Positions 41,149 to 54,035 of a stretch of DNA of 64,000 nt are shown here, piece after piece. Origin of the DNA: Octopus vulgaris (lineage: Eukaryota); contig OX597815.1 of assembly GCA_951406725.2 (NCBI GenBank), positions 107,384,001 through 107,448,000 of the forward strand, in the 5' to 3' direction. The position numbers and the translations under genes were made by a program. The notes under the pieces were generated by a model. That model was not told the origin of the DNA. It worked only from the letters and a program-made list of their open reading frames with translations, and ran no database searches. How positions within the stretch are numbered: position 1 is the first letter of the stretch; every line of letters starts with the position of its first letter.

Positions 41149-41854
41149 ATCTACTATAATGATACTCTTGAGTTTTTCTCTGTCACGACATATGAATATG
41201 AAAGAAAGGGGTTATAGATGAATAAGGAAGGGAGGGAGGGGTGATAGCAAACTGGTAGTGGAAGCATTTCAACTCTATGTGAATGTCTGTATGTGTGAAC
41301 CAGTGTTCTTTCAGTAACAAATGATGATCGATGTCACATCTCAAAAGACAACCACTAGATAACATTGTCAAGTGTATTAATTTGATTTGCCATTCATATC
41401 TCTCTTTATAAAAAGCTGAAGTTGTCTGTGTGTGTGTGTGTGTGGCAGGTTTGGTAGCCTTCATCTAACACTATCTTCTCCGAGACCCTGTGGCACAAGT
41501 TGACCAAAATTGAGAGTATGATAGAAGGCTTCCTCTCCCTTCCGTAGAAGAAAAAATTCAAATTGGACCATGTTAACACCAAAAGTTATTTACATCAAAA
41601 AGGTGCTTTTTTCTATGAAAATCCCTACTTTTTACAATTTTTTTACTGCTGTGTCGCCATTTTTCAGTGTATTTCAACCAGAAAAATGTTCGCTTAAAGA
41701 GAATAACAAGCTACATAATGTAAAATTTTTACTTTTCAAAAATTCCAATTCTAAAGAGTCGAAACAAACCCAAGCAATGCTGGGCGATACTGCTAGTTTA
41801 GATATAAAATACTCTAATTAGTCATCATTTTTGATGGCATGGGACCAGCTAGTA
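41149..41854 (-). mobile_element. Helitron-like family B copy with a family A copy nested at approx. 41406-41797
   Basis: Outer parts match 36767-37243 reversed; inner part matches 8905-9251 reversed. Confidence 0.7.
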
Positions 41855-44800
41855 TATGTAATATTTAGATACAACTCCTTACATACTGAATCCAAATTCT
41901 GCCATGGTCAACTTTGCTTTTTTCTACTACAGTTGATAAAAACTAGTCAAGGACTAGTGTCAATTTGAAATTTCTATAAAGCATCCTTAATGTAATAGAA
42001 ATAGAATAGATGTAATAGAAGATTAAGAAGTATAGTTCTCTCAAATCATATTCTACAATCTCATAACAGAAGGCTACACCAGAGTATGTAGTTCTGGATA
42101 TATTATGTTTGGAAAAAAAGGTAAACAAGAAACGGCTGGAATGTTTTTGATCATAGTTTTGCTTAATTAGGGCTGACAGAAGGCTAAATAACAACAGCAA
42201 TAAGCATTAGTTTATCTATTGCAACCACATGTCTGAAGGAAAGATTTAAATTCAATTCTGAAAGTTAGCAAAACACTTACCAGCAACTATAGAAGTAACC
42301 TTTGCTACTTAAAGTGATAAGAAAATACTTCTCCATGGCATATATTTTGTGTTAGCTTCAATGAGGAGAAAAAAATCAATAAATACAGGGGACTGGCTGG
42401 CTGTTCCCAGTTTGTGCCGGTCGCATCCTGTACTGCTGATTTCTTCTACAGAATAGGGATAACAGTGGCCCATTTGAGAAATGAACCCTGCAGTGAGTGT
42501 TTTTGGCCATTCTCCATGACAATGCCATCAGTCATTACTGTGGGATACATTTGTTCTGGGGTATGTAGCACATTGCTCCCTCCCCTCCATCTTCTGCAGC
42601 TTTACCCCACCCCACTGTTCTTGTTCCTTTTCTTTCTTTTCATTTCTTATCTCTCTTCTTTCCTATTTGTTCAACTAGAAACCCAGTATAGTGATAAATC
42701 ATAACTTAGGTACTACATGTTCACTCAATATGCTAGAAATAAATGTCAAACTCTTTCTAATCACACCCTGCCATCTTTGAAAAGGACATGTTAAATAATG
42801 TGGTCTTGGCTTCTAGACTCATAAGTATAAAAATGGGACGGTCATGGCTGGAATGCTTTTGATGATAGATCTGTCCAAATGAAGTTGGCATGGGGCTGAA
42901 CAATGTCAACAACAACAACAGCAGCAACAGGCCTATGAAAAAAGCCTTCTCGTGAACATTTCACTTTCCATTTGGATGCTGTATATCTAAGACTAAATTA
43001 TCCAATGTCCTTCCTTAATTTGAAGAAAATTTAGTTGATGTTTCTAGTAGGACAAGTAACAACAAAAACTAGCTCATTGATTTGACTTTGCTGAAATTCT
43101 TATATGTGCATAATTTCTCATATTATCTCAAGCACACATGTTGTGTAGAAAGGAAATAATGTTTTGAACTGTGGCACAGGTTGTTTGTTCACCAATATCA
43201 TGATAGTAAATTGGTTACCATTGTAGTGGTTGCTTGTTGGTGTATGTTGAATTGCTGAGAACCATCGTTGTATAATAAATGAAGCAAACTCATGAACTTT
43301 CATCTTTCAACATATTCACTGCTGTACATGATTTACTGCATTGGCTGTTTACAAAAGAAAGATGCCAATAATATAACTGCTGACTAGGAAGAGAGAACTG
43401 CTCTGTGTCTTGTTGAAGGCTAGCTGTAGGACATTGTGTATGAGCGTCTGAAGTTGCTTGTTACTTGAGGTGCTCTGTCTGAGTGGTCTGCCTTTTGTGA
43501 GTGCCCAAAGTGATCTGCCTGAATGCCTGAGGCTGTCTGCTTGAATACCTGAGGCTGTCTGGTCTTGGTAGTATGTTAAGGTCATCTAGTTGAGTTAGGC
43601 ACCAAACGGTTTTTATGGGGTGAAAAGGAGATAAAGTTTAGATCATCTGAGGAAGCATATCATACCACAGTTTCGTGTTGATCAGTCAATTTATAGATCA
43701 ATCATGTAAAACTGTGGTGGATCACTAGTGGTTTCTAACTGAATATCTTACAGTTGGGGTTCAAATCCTGACAAAACTAATCTTAGTACATGACTAGTTT
43801 TTATTTTTATGAAGTTGAAAAGAAGAAAGAGAAAACTAAACCTGTTGAGATTTGATCCCAGAACAAAGTGAGAGACAATACTAAATACTGAAATATATTG
43901 AATACTGAGCTTAATGGCTGCCAACCTGTCACTATCCATTTGTTCAAACAATAAATACATGAGAAAATACCATTAAATTATTCTTATTCAAATGATATAT
44001 GGCGGAATGTGGTTTGGTTTACTCTCTTGGGGTTTATAGAAATCATGAAACATTGCTCTGGAGAAATATAAAAACTAGAAAATAACAAGTGAGTATCTTC
44101 AAAATATATGATTTTTTTTTCTCACAGTGAGAAGAATCTACATTCGTAATTAGTTTCATAATTTAATTGAAGAAATATTCTATATGCCGATGTAGCTGCA
44201 TAATACAAATTTTGTTTCCCAACCACATAGTTCTGGGTTCAATCCCACTGCGTGGTACATTGAGCAAGTGTCTTCTCCTATAGCCCAAAGCCAACTAAAG
44301 CCCTATGAATGGATCTGGCAAATAGAAACTGAAAGAAGCCCATTGTATATACACATATGTGTGCGTGAGTGTGTGTGTTTGTATTTGTCCCCCTCCACTG
44401 CTTGACAACTGGTGTTGGTTTGCATATGTCACTGTAACTTAGCAGTTTAGCAAAAAGAGTTAGATAGAATAAGTATCAGGCTTTTATAAAATAAGTACTG
44501 AGATTGATTTGTTTGACTAAATCTGAGTCAGTGCCCCAGCTTGGCTATAATCCAATGACTGAAACAAGTAAACAATGAAAAATAAAAATTAAAACAAGAG
44601 AATTTACACTTTTACAAGAAAACTAAGATTTTTGATCACACTTTACACATTGTTAAGATGGCACCTTTGAATATACATATCTATGGAGGAATAAATGAAG
44701 GAGCTTCTGCCTTCTAGCAACTAAATCTCCCTTAGACCACATTGTACTGTCTAAATTAAAATAACAAGTGCTCAAGTATGATCTTAGCCATGATGGTTAA

Positions 44801-45059
44801 AAAAACAGAACAAAGCAAAAAAGCTACAGAATACAGTACGATTGGGTGATGTAGTCTGGGATATATTATATATCATGGTTAAGAAGGCAGTGGCCACAGC
44901 CAGTATGCTTTTGATTATGAGTCTGCTCATCAGGACTGATGAGAATGACAACCGCATAAATCACCCCCCCCCCCACGTCAACATTGTCATCATCATCATC
45001 GTTGTCGTTATCACCACCATCATTTTACATTCACTTACCCTGCTGGTATGGGTTTGACA

Positions 45060-45800
45060 GGTCATCATGATCAAATCCTTCTAAGACTGGTTGGAGGACC
45101 ACGTTTTGGTTGTGCGTTTCATTTTTAGCAAGGATTCTAGGTTTTGTTTTCACATATCAAGAATTTCTTCTCTGTTTCACAGACTCAGCTATAAGTATGA
45201 GGTCATCAGCATACAGGAGTTCTCATTTAAGACAACTGGTCTTAAATGTCATTGTTATAGCTTGGAGAGCTATAATAAATAAGACTAAGAAGAGAACTGA
45301 GCCTTGTTGAACACCTACCTGCACAAGAAATTTCTCTCTGAACTCACTGTAAATTCTCATATTACTAACTGCATCACTATACACAACTTATACTGCTCTC
45401 TCCTCAAACCACCAGACTACTGCTTGTGATTCCCCATCAGAAGCCTTCTCCAGAACAACAAATGCTTGGTAGAAATGTATTTTCTTTGCAATAAATTTCT
45501 TTTGCAGCTGCTTCACTATGAAAAGTGCATCAGTATTTCAACAGCCTGGCACAAATCCAAACTGCGTCTCATCTAAGCTGACTCTCTTCCTAATTAATTG
45601 TGTTAATACGCTTTACATTACTTATATTACTTTTATAACCTAGTTCATCAGTTTGAGGCCTCTGTAGTTGCTTCTTTCCAAAATAACTCTGCAGTTACTC
45701 AGGAAAGAGGCCTTTGTGAGAGTTGTTGATTATACTGCTACACCAAACATTAGTTGTGGCATTTCCTAGTACTACTTTGGCTGATTATGTTTGTGACATG
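45060..45800 (-). mobile_element. Decayed RTE LINE RT fragment
   Basis: Minus: LDETQFGFVPG, TDALFIVKQLQKK, VGVQQGSV, ELLYADDL. Confidence 0.8.
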
Positions 45801-46676
45801 CTTGAGTCTCACTGCTCTTCTATCCTTTACTTGTTTCAGTCATTAGACTGTATCCATGCTGGGACACTACTTTGAAGAATTTTAGCCAACTAATCAGCTG
45901 CAGTACTTATTTTACTTTTTAATACTTTAGGATTATCAATTGGCCATATCTGACCTCTCACACTTATTCTGCAATCCATTCTGAAAATATGCAATCACTT
46001 CACTGAAATCTCAAAGCTATAAGTTGATGCAGAACTAATTCAGAACAATTTGAATAAATAAGCATTACATTTGACAGAATAATTTCAATGCTAAAGGGCT
46101 AAAGCTCGGTTCTTATTCTATCGATTTCTTTCGCTGAAATGATTAGTTACAAGGATGTAAACATACCAACACTGGTTGCCAAGTGGTGGGAGGAGACATA
46201 TGCACAGACACACACACATAAACATATCAATTTAAATTCACAACCGAAAGAGCTACAGAAAGAACTCCTTCAGGCCCTGAAAGATTACTTTAAGATACAT
46301 GCCATATTTTATAAATATATGCCTGTTCAAGTATCGAAACTATTAGTGTGTATTTAAATGGATATTTATCGCTCTCACCAGTTAGAGAACTTCTTTTGTT
46401 GATCTTACCAAACTATATATATATATAAATATATGTGTGTGTGTGTGTGTACAGATATATATATGTAAGATCCAGCGGTTGAGGTGTAGGAAGAAAGTTA
46501 GCTTTGAGCAATCCATAGTGAATTAAAGACTTTCGGGAACAACAGTGGTTTAGTGAGATGGAAGATTGCGGATTTTTTTTCTTTTATCAAATAACAATGA
46601 GCTGAAGATAGTTCTTTTTATATTCCTCGGTAGGCAACCAGGGTTGCTGAGTGTGTGGAAAAGAATACAAGAGTAT

Positions 46677-46717
<41 letters not shown>

Positions 46718-46803
46718 CTGAGGGTAGAAATTGATATCAATCAATTAACATCAATTTAAACCAGTGGTCTAGCATATTCAAAAAAATCCGAAGATTTAAA
46801 AAT

Positions 46804-47165
46804 TATATTACAATTAATAAGAGGAATGACCACTAAAGTGGATTCCTATACACTAGAAATAGATGTCAAATCGCCTTACCACAAAGAGTGTGTTCTCAAG
46901 TAAAATACAAGCAAATGCCAAAATGTAAAAATTAAGCAAGGCAAATGAAAATGAATACTTGCAAGTATTAATAATGAAATCATGATACGTAGGTATTCAT
47001 TTTATTTTGTAAATTTTCATTTGCTTTGCTTATTTTTTTACATTTTGGTGTTTGCTGTTTTTTTTTTTCTTGAGAACACACTCTTTGTGGTATGGCGATT
47101 TGACGTCTATATCTAGCGTATAGAAATCCTCTTTAGTGGTCATTCCTTTTATTAATTGTAATATA
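46804..47165. repeat. Imperfect inverted repeat, approx. 150-bp arms, approx. 60-bp spacer, TA-flanked
   Basis: ATTACAATTAATAAGAGGAATGACCACTAAAG...GCAAATGAAAAT versus its reverse complement at approx. 47014-47165. Confidence 0.85.
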
Positions 47166-47232
47166 TATATATATTACTTATAATATATAAGCACACTTAT
47201 ATATATATATATATATCATCATATATATATAT

Positions 47233-48286
47233 ATTAATAGTTATCGCCATACTAATATGGCATTCATATAAAAATAAGAATAAAGCTGTCCGCTTATTAG
47301 CTCCATGAGGCCATCGCCTTAAGTTAGCTATTTGATACACAAACTGTATCCATATAACCTTCGAACAAGGGAGGTCAGTCGCTCCACACTACTTGATCGA
47401 CAGCTACAGACGCGTTTCGGGGTATTGCCCCTTGTCAATGTAGCGTAGTCAGACCAGTAGGTGTCGCTTCCGACTATCTCTGTTCGAAGGTTTTATTTAC
47501 CTAGTTTCGGTGGAATACATCCACTTGTTTTCAATAATAGAAATATTAAAATTACTAAGTCTCTCTAAAAGAGAACACGGCAGCGTTCCTGGAAATTAAT
47601 AGTTATCGCCATACTAATATGGCATTCTTATAAAAATAAGAATAAAGCTGTCCGCTTATTAGCTCCATGAGGCCATCACCTTAAGTTAGCTATTTGATAC
47701 ACAAACTGTATCCATATAACCTTCGAACAAGGGAGGTCAGTCGCTCCACACTACTTGATCGACAACTACAGACGCGTTTCGGGGTATTGCCCCTTGTCAA
47801 TGTAGCGTAGTCAGACCAGTATTTTTATTTTTATAAGAATGCCATATTAGTATGGCGATAACTATTAATTTCCAGGAACGCTGCTGTGTTCTCTTTTAGA
47901 GAGACTTAGTAATTTTAATATTTCTATTATTGAAAACAAGTGGATGTATTCCACCGAAACTAGGTAAATAAAACCTTCGAACAGAGATAGTCGGAAGCGA
48001 CACCTACTGGTCTGACTACACTACATTGACAAGGGGCAATACCCCGAAACGCGTCTGTAGCTGTCGATCAAGTAGTGTGGAGCGACTGACCTCCCTTGTT
48101 CGAAGGTTATATGGATACAGTTTGTGTATCAAATAGCTAACTTAAGGCGATGGCCTCATGGAGCTAATAAGCGGACAGCTTTATTCTTATTTTTATAAGA
48201 ATGCCATATTAGTATGGCGATAACTATTAATTTCCAGGAACGCTGCCGTGTTCTCTTTTAGAGAGACTTAGTAATTTTAATATTTC

Positions 48287-48292
<6 letters not shown>
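47233..48292. mobile_element. Retrozyme/Penelope-pLTR-like array: 362-bp unit, approx. 1.6 tandem copies then approx. 1.3 inverted copies
   Basis: ATTAATAGTTATCGCC at 47233 and 47595; orientation flips at 47821; copies nearly identical; TA repeats on both flanks. Confidence 0.85.
48021..48060 (+). ncRNA. Minimal type I hammerhead ribozyme, U3-A8 core (copies on - at 47403-47444 and 47766-47805)
   Basis: CTACA TTGACAA GGGG CAATA CCCC GAA ACGCGT C TGTAG; GUC cleavage triplet ending at 48055. Confidence 0.8.
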
Positions 48293-48354
<62 letters not shown>

Positions 48355-49197
48355 ACACACACACACACACACACACTTATATATGAGTAAATAGACAAAC
48401 AAAGGAAAGTGACACTCAACACATTTGGTAGGAATTACATATATTATTTAATAACAGCTTGATTTATTTCAATGCAACTTAAAACTTCATGAGCTTGTAA
48501 AATGAGCCTGGCTCTTCAGGCATAAGTAACTGAAAGGAGAAAGTTCAAGATGGTTACTGGAGATTGGGCTGCTATTGATCAAGGCAGATCACATGGTGTT
48601 GATATCAGTATTCATAAAGTGGCAGCACCAGATAGAGATAAAAATTCCTATTTCAAGCACCATGGTTGGTGGACAGGTTGCTGGTGGCACCTCACTGTCT
48701 AGGGGATGAAGAGAGAATTATTAGCTATACCAGTTACCAGAGTGCACATGTGGTTGGGTATACCCACTGCATATCTTGTGCATGTGTGTTTACTGTGTGC
48801 AACTGGTGCTGCTGCTGAGGCTCTCTTTTCCTTGACAGTGGGGCAACACGAACCTCCTTTTTATTCTTTCAGAGTCATGTCTTCTATTTTTCTCTGGACT
48901 TGGAAAAAGAAAAAGAAAAAAGAAAAAGAACGGCTATGGTGAGACCTGCAGAAGAATGGACTCTGCCAGGCTCAATAAGATAATGAAATTGCTGAAGACA
49001 TATTATATGACACAAATGCATCTCTACAACTTCATCATAAAGTGAGGACAGATATATGTAAGTGAGTAAAATTTTCTGCCTCCAAGAGGTGAAGAGCTAA
49101 ATTTATCTTGGTATAGAGTCTGATGAGCTGTCCACAAAGCTGCAACTTTTATGGATGTGAAACCATTGGTCACTATGACCAGACTTTAAATTTATTG

Positions 49198-49236
<39 letters not shown>

Positions 49237-49238
<2 letters not shown>

Positions 49239-49400
49239 CCACTTGGAAGGCCTCCACGACGGTGGAGTTACGATTTCAGGAGGACGATTGGGATCACATG
49301 GATGAGAAAGGCATGATCCAGAGAGGAGTGGACAGCGTGCTGTGACCAGCAGTGTCAAATGGACGCCCAACGGACTGGTCAGTCAAGGTGATCAAGGTGA
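49237..49400 (+). mobile_element. Extreme 3' end of another RTE-clade LINE
   Basis: RPLGRPPRRW...TWMRKA*SREEW; tail TCAAGGTGA x2. Confidence 0.6.
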
Positions 49401-49403
49401 TAT

Positions 49404-49460
<57 letters not shown>

Positions 49461-49947
49461 TAAAAAAACAGAAAAAGACAATAGGTAAAAAACAACAATA
49501 TGAGGACGTAGCACATGTAAAATATTAATAAGATGCTCTGAGAAGGAAAAGAGTGGTTGTTTTATGCTTTGGGCATAGCTCTTCTTTGGAAACAGGAGAC
49601 ACAGAAAAGTCCAAAAGAAAAGGAAGAAGGAGGGAAAAAAATCACCAACAGTCCATGTGTAGGTACATTTTGAAATGACCAGAAGTAGAAGGACAAAGAG
49701 AAAAGTGCTTTCTGGACAGGAGAGTATGAAGAATGGTTGGTTTCTCTGTGTGTGTGCATGTATATGAGTGGTGACATGCATGTGTGTGTGTGTGATAGCA
49801 TGTGTGTGTATGTGGCAGCTAGCGTGTGTATGTGTGTGTGTTCATGTCAGTAACTGAGTGTGTGTGTGTGTATGGTAGCATGTGTGAGTTAATGTTGTGA
49901 GAGATCAGCAGCTATAGTGACAGGTGTGTGCGTACGGTGTGTGTGCA

Positions 49948-49981
<34 letters not shown>

Positions 49982-50373
49982 GCATGTGTGCATAGATGGA
50001 ATGGTCAATAATGAGTTTGGGCAGTCTGAAGGGTGTGTGAGAGACTGTCTGAAGTATTCTGAAAGGTATGTGAATGGGTGGATGTGGATGTGTTTGTGTG
50101 TACGTGTGCATGAAAGGGAGAGAAGTGTGGTTGTGTTGTCTGAAGGGTGTGTGAATGGGTGTGTGTAGCTGTGTGAATGAGTGAGGGTGTGTGTGTGTTG
50201 GCATGTGTACGTGGATGGAGTGGGAATGTGTGTGTGCATATGTGTGAGTACGTGTGTGAGTGTGGGGTTGTGTGCATTTGGGGTATATATGTATGTATTG
50301 TATGTATGTATGTATGTATGTATATATATATATATATTATGTATATATATATATTATGTATATATATATATAT

Positions 50374-50438
<65 letters not shown>

Positions 50439-50752
50439 ATGTAGATACACATGATTAGGCTTGATATCTATAAACACACATACACACACGCGCGCGCGCA
50501 CAGATACACAGACACAGATATGTATATGAGGAGCTTACTTTCAAAACCAGTATAAGTGCATACTTGGTCGATTCCATAATAACCATTAAAACAATCTGCA
50601 AGCTGCTGGTTTCACGCACGTGAAATTTTTTTTCAGCCAAACTGGGATAGATGCCACATAGACAGTAGGCGAATCTTAGTCTGCCAATCAAAATCAGATA
50701 TATTCAAGTTGTTGCTTTAAACAAATCAGGATATCTGCATGCTGGCTAATCA

Positions 50753-51910
50753 GTGCCTATCTTTTGGGAAATTCTAAAGACGACTACCTTAGGCGAGGAA
50801 ATGTCACAGAAAATTATGCAAAATGACGGAAATGAATTGATTCCTATCAGTGATGGGAACAAGGGAATTTGTAAAAAGAAGAATAACACCATTCGCAAAC
50901 GTGACACCGAAAAAAGGAAACGATACAGTGCTACAGGCGAGTATATTTGGCTGAGAACTTGTAGTCGTAAAAACAAGAATGTTTTCAAGTGCACCGATCT
51001 CACTGAAGGGGATGTTTTGTACTTTCGCCGTAAGCTATTTGAGAAACCACATAAAATTCAACAAGATAATTTTTTACTTCTCCATGTGAATCTGAATATT
51101 GTCAAACGGAAGACCAGAACTGCTGATAAGAAACCACATCAGTCATCAAATTCGTACATGGTGAGGAAACAGAATGCGTGGCTAGTGAAAGTGTGCAGAG
51201 AAACCTTCCTGTAAATTGTTGAGCCAAATGTAAAAAAATAAAGTTGATGGCTTTATCAAACGCTTTAGACAGACTGGACATATGGCAGAGGAAAATCGTG
51301 GTGGGGATAGAAAATCTCATACGAGTATTGAGAAGAGAAACTCTGTCGGGCGATTTATTGGAAACTTTAAAGGCATTGAAAGTCATTATGGTCGGAATAA
51401 AAGCGTTCGAATGTACGTACCAGCGGAGATGAAAAGCATCCCTCATTTATGGTGTGTTTATAACCGATCTACTGAAGAGCACAAAGTAAAATTCACGATG
51501 TTCTACAGAATCTTTGTAAATGAATTTAACACTGGTTTCCGTAGCGCTCGAGTGGACACATGTGCATTTTGCGAGAGGACAAAATATGCCATTAAAAATT
51601 CTGCGGATGAAAGATCGAAACAAGAAAACATTGCAAATCTGCGTGTGCACAAATTACGTGCCAAAGCATTCTATGACATTTTGAGGCAAATGATGATCCT
51701 AGTATTCTGACAGTAGTTTTTGATCTACAACAAGTTCATAATTTACCAAGACTCACAATTCAAGAAGCTTACTGTTCCCGAAAACTAGCATTCTATCATT
51801 TTGCAATCTGTTCTGGAGATAGAAATATTGCATATACATGGACGGAAAATCAATCTTATCGAGGATCTAATGAGATTGCCAATTGCTTGCAAACGATTTT
51901 AAAAAGATGG
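50753..51910 (+). pseudogene. Fragmented Sola1-like DDD transposase
   Basis: ORFs 50753-51214 and 51282-51710 plus a downstream frame carrying the catalytic FDLQ motif. Confidence 0.72.
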
Positions 51911-52489
51911 ATTGTTTTTCCAACACGACTCTAGTACGCCTGGTGTGTTCTTGTGAGAAGCGAAGTGAATTACAAATCTGATGTTGAAACGAGTATGAGC
52001 TTGTTCAAGCGTGAAAAGAAAGCATCATGCTCTGTCATCACACGTCTGGAGTTGCTACCAGTGAATGTCACGATTTCAGAGACACTCAACACATTTGGTA
52101 GGAATTACGGTGAAAACTGGATACAGGATTAGAAATTTGCATTTTATGCAAATCTGGACTCTGATAAGAATTTGAAGCAAAAATAGACTTTTTCGTATTC
52201 TTTTCACTATGACTTCGATGTGTATGTGTGAAAAATGAATAAAATTGAGTTCACTGTATATTTTTCAGTTGTAAATTGTACTTTTCAATCGAAACCAAAT
52301 ATTTTATTTGCTGGATTTTGCATTCAAATTAAGATATTTGAACAGTTTTCAAACAAAACAAGACGTGTTTATGTGGTTGATGTGAATTATGTCCCATCAG
52401 TTGATTTAAATTCAAAGAGAAATCTATGTGGGAAGACCAAAAATGACTTGAAAGTCATAACATGCCAGAGGAAAATAACCATCACTAGG

Positions 52490-52953
52490 TGAGACAAGCT
52501 GACACTGAATTAGCTTCGCTGATCAACGGATGACGGTATCGTTTAGAGAATGCGTGGGCTAAGACTACGTGCCTTAATTGGTCAGTTAAAGTTGAGACAG
52601 TGTCACGTGACAATTTGCTGGGGCTGCCTGCTGGAGTCTAGCAGCAGGTATTTAAAGGAACAATTTGACAAGACAGTCAGTTGCCCGCTGACACTCGTTG
52701 ATGCTACATCGAAGAGGCCAGGGAACAGAAGAAAGAAGACATATATCCAACACCAGAGCTGGAGACACCTCCGAAAGGCGGGGCCCCGTCACGTCAAAAC
52801 GGTCGAGGAGTAGGGACCGAAACCGGACGTGGTTTCTCCTGAGGATGCCTTGAGCTAACTGGATCCTATAAAGGAGCTGTTGTGGTAGCAGACCACGAAT
52901 CACGGTTGAAATTCCTCCTTGGGTAACTTGCTTTAGTCCTTCTAGGGCTGACA
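52490..52953. mobile_element. Possible solo LTR nested in the Sola element
   Basis: GC/CpG-richer block bounded by TG...CA with TATTTAAA; no clean TSD. Confidence 0.35.
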
Positions 52954-53617
52954 TGTGAATATCGGAATCTGGCTGAAATTTAGATACTGAATTTCTTCAA
53001 TTACTCCAGTCATTTCAATGCATATCTGGTTTTGAAAGTAACATCATATATATATATATAGATAGGCATACCTAAATGCATTCAGAAGATATATATGTAC
53101 AAGTATATAGATATATAGACAAATATATTTACATAGACATAGGGCAAGAAAAATACAGAATATTAAAAAGAGAATGCATAGTTTTTTTTATCTCGACAGC
53201 TGTTTCTGGAAGCTCAGGATTATGTAATAATTGTAATGTTAAATTGTTTGTTTATGTGTATGTTTATCTTCTGAATATATTTAATTATATGTATCAATAT
53301 GCATCTCTATGTGTATCTATATATATATATACATCAAGCTTAATCGTGGTTATCTGCATCACTATCTCCATATCAATTCATCTGGATTTCTCTGATAGCC
53401 ACTTTTTACCTTGTGGACCTAGTCCTTGATGTAGATTTTGGATATGTGAGTGAGTGTGTGTGTGATTGTGTCTCCTCCTCTTGGTGTTGCGTGATAGTTG
53501 TAGAATGATTATTACTGTCATACAAACAATGTCATTCATAACCAATATGTCTGGCCATGGGACGATATAACCTTCCTTAAAAGGTGAGGTTTAGTGACAG
53601 GAAGGGTATCCGGATCG

Positions 53618-54035
53618 GGATCTTTTCGGTTTGAACGGCAGTTTTTTCTAGCGGTGTCATATGAAATTGTCACCCATAATTATGACCCTAGTATCGATCT
53701 ATTGCATTTCAATCTGTTTTAGGGTTAGGGGTGGGGGGAAGGGTATCTTTTTTTCTTCAGAAATGTAAATAAACTCAATCCGTTTCTTAAATGAGGGACA
53801 TATTCATACGGCACAGAATGTTTATTTTTTTACCTCAATAGACGTCAGTGATTGGTTGAAATTGCAGAAATTGATGAAAAAAAACCCAACAAATATCTTA
53901 CAAACTATAGAATTTTCTCAATAAAGCCAAGAGAAAAAGATGCTTTATAAACACATTCTACCAGTATACGAAGTTTAAAATTTTTTAGTTACCTAGAAAT
54001 TATGTTAAAAACTGCCGTTCAAACCGAAAAGATCC
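53618..54035. mobile_element. MITE with perfect 29-bp TIRs, superfamily unassigned
   Basis: GGATCTTTTCGGTTTGAACGGCAGTTTTT / AAAAACTGCCGTTCAAACCGAAAAGATCC; internal TTAGGG x2; sits in an RTE tail fragment. Confidence 0.88.

Larger units (their letters stand above)
50528..53045 (+). mobile_element. Decayed Sola1-type DNA transposon
   Basis: TIR core TTACTTTCAAAACCAG / CTGGTTTTGAAAGTAA; ATAT flanks; transposase motifs FRSARVDTCAFC, VFDLQQV...YCSRKLAFYHFAI, YTWTENQSYRGSNEIANCL; frameshifts. Confidence 0.78.

Noticed and set aside
47925-47972. Second hammerhead-like motif in the 362-bp unit (TTGAAAA-CAA-GTGGA/TCCAC-C-GAAACTAGGTA)
   Set aside because: Extra bases around stem II and a mismatched stem I base; not supportable without covariation data
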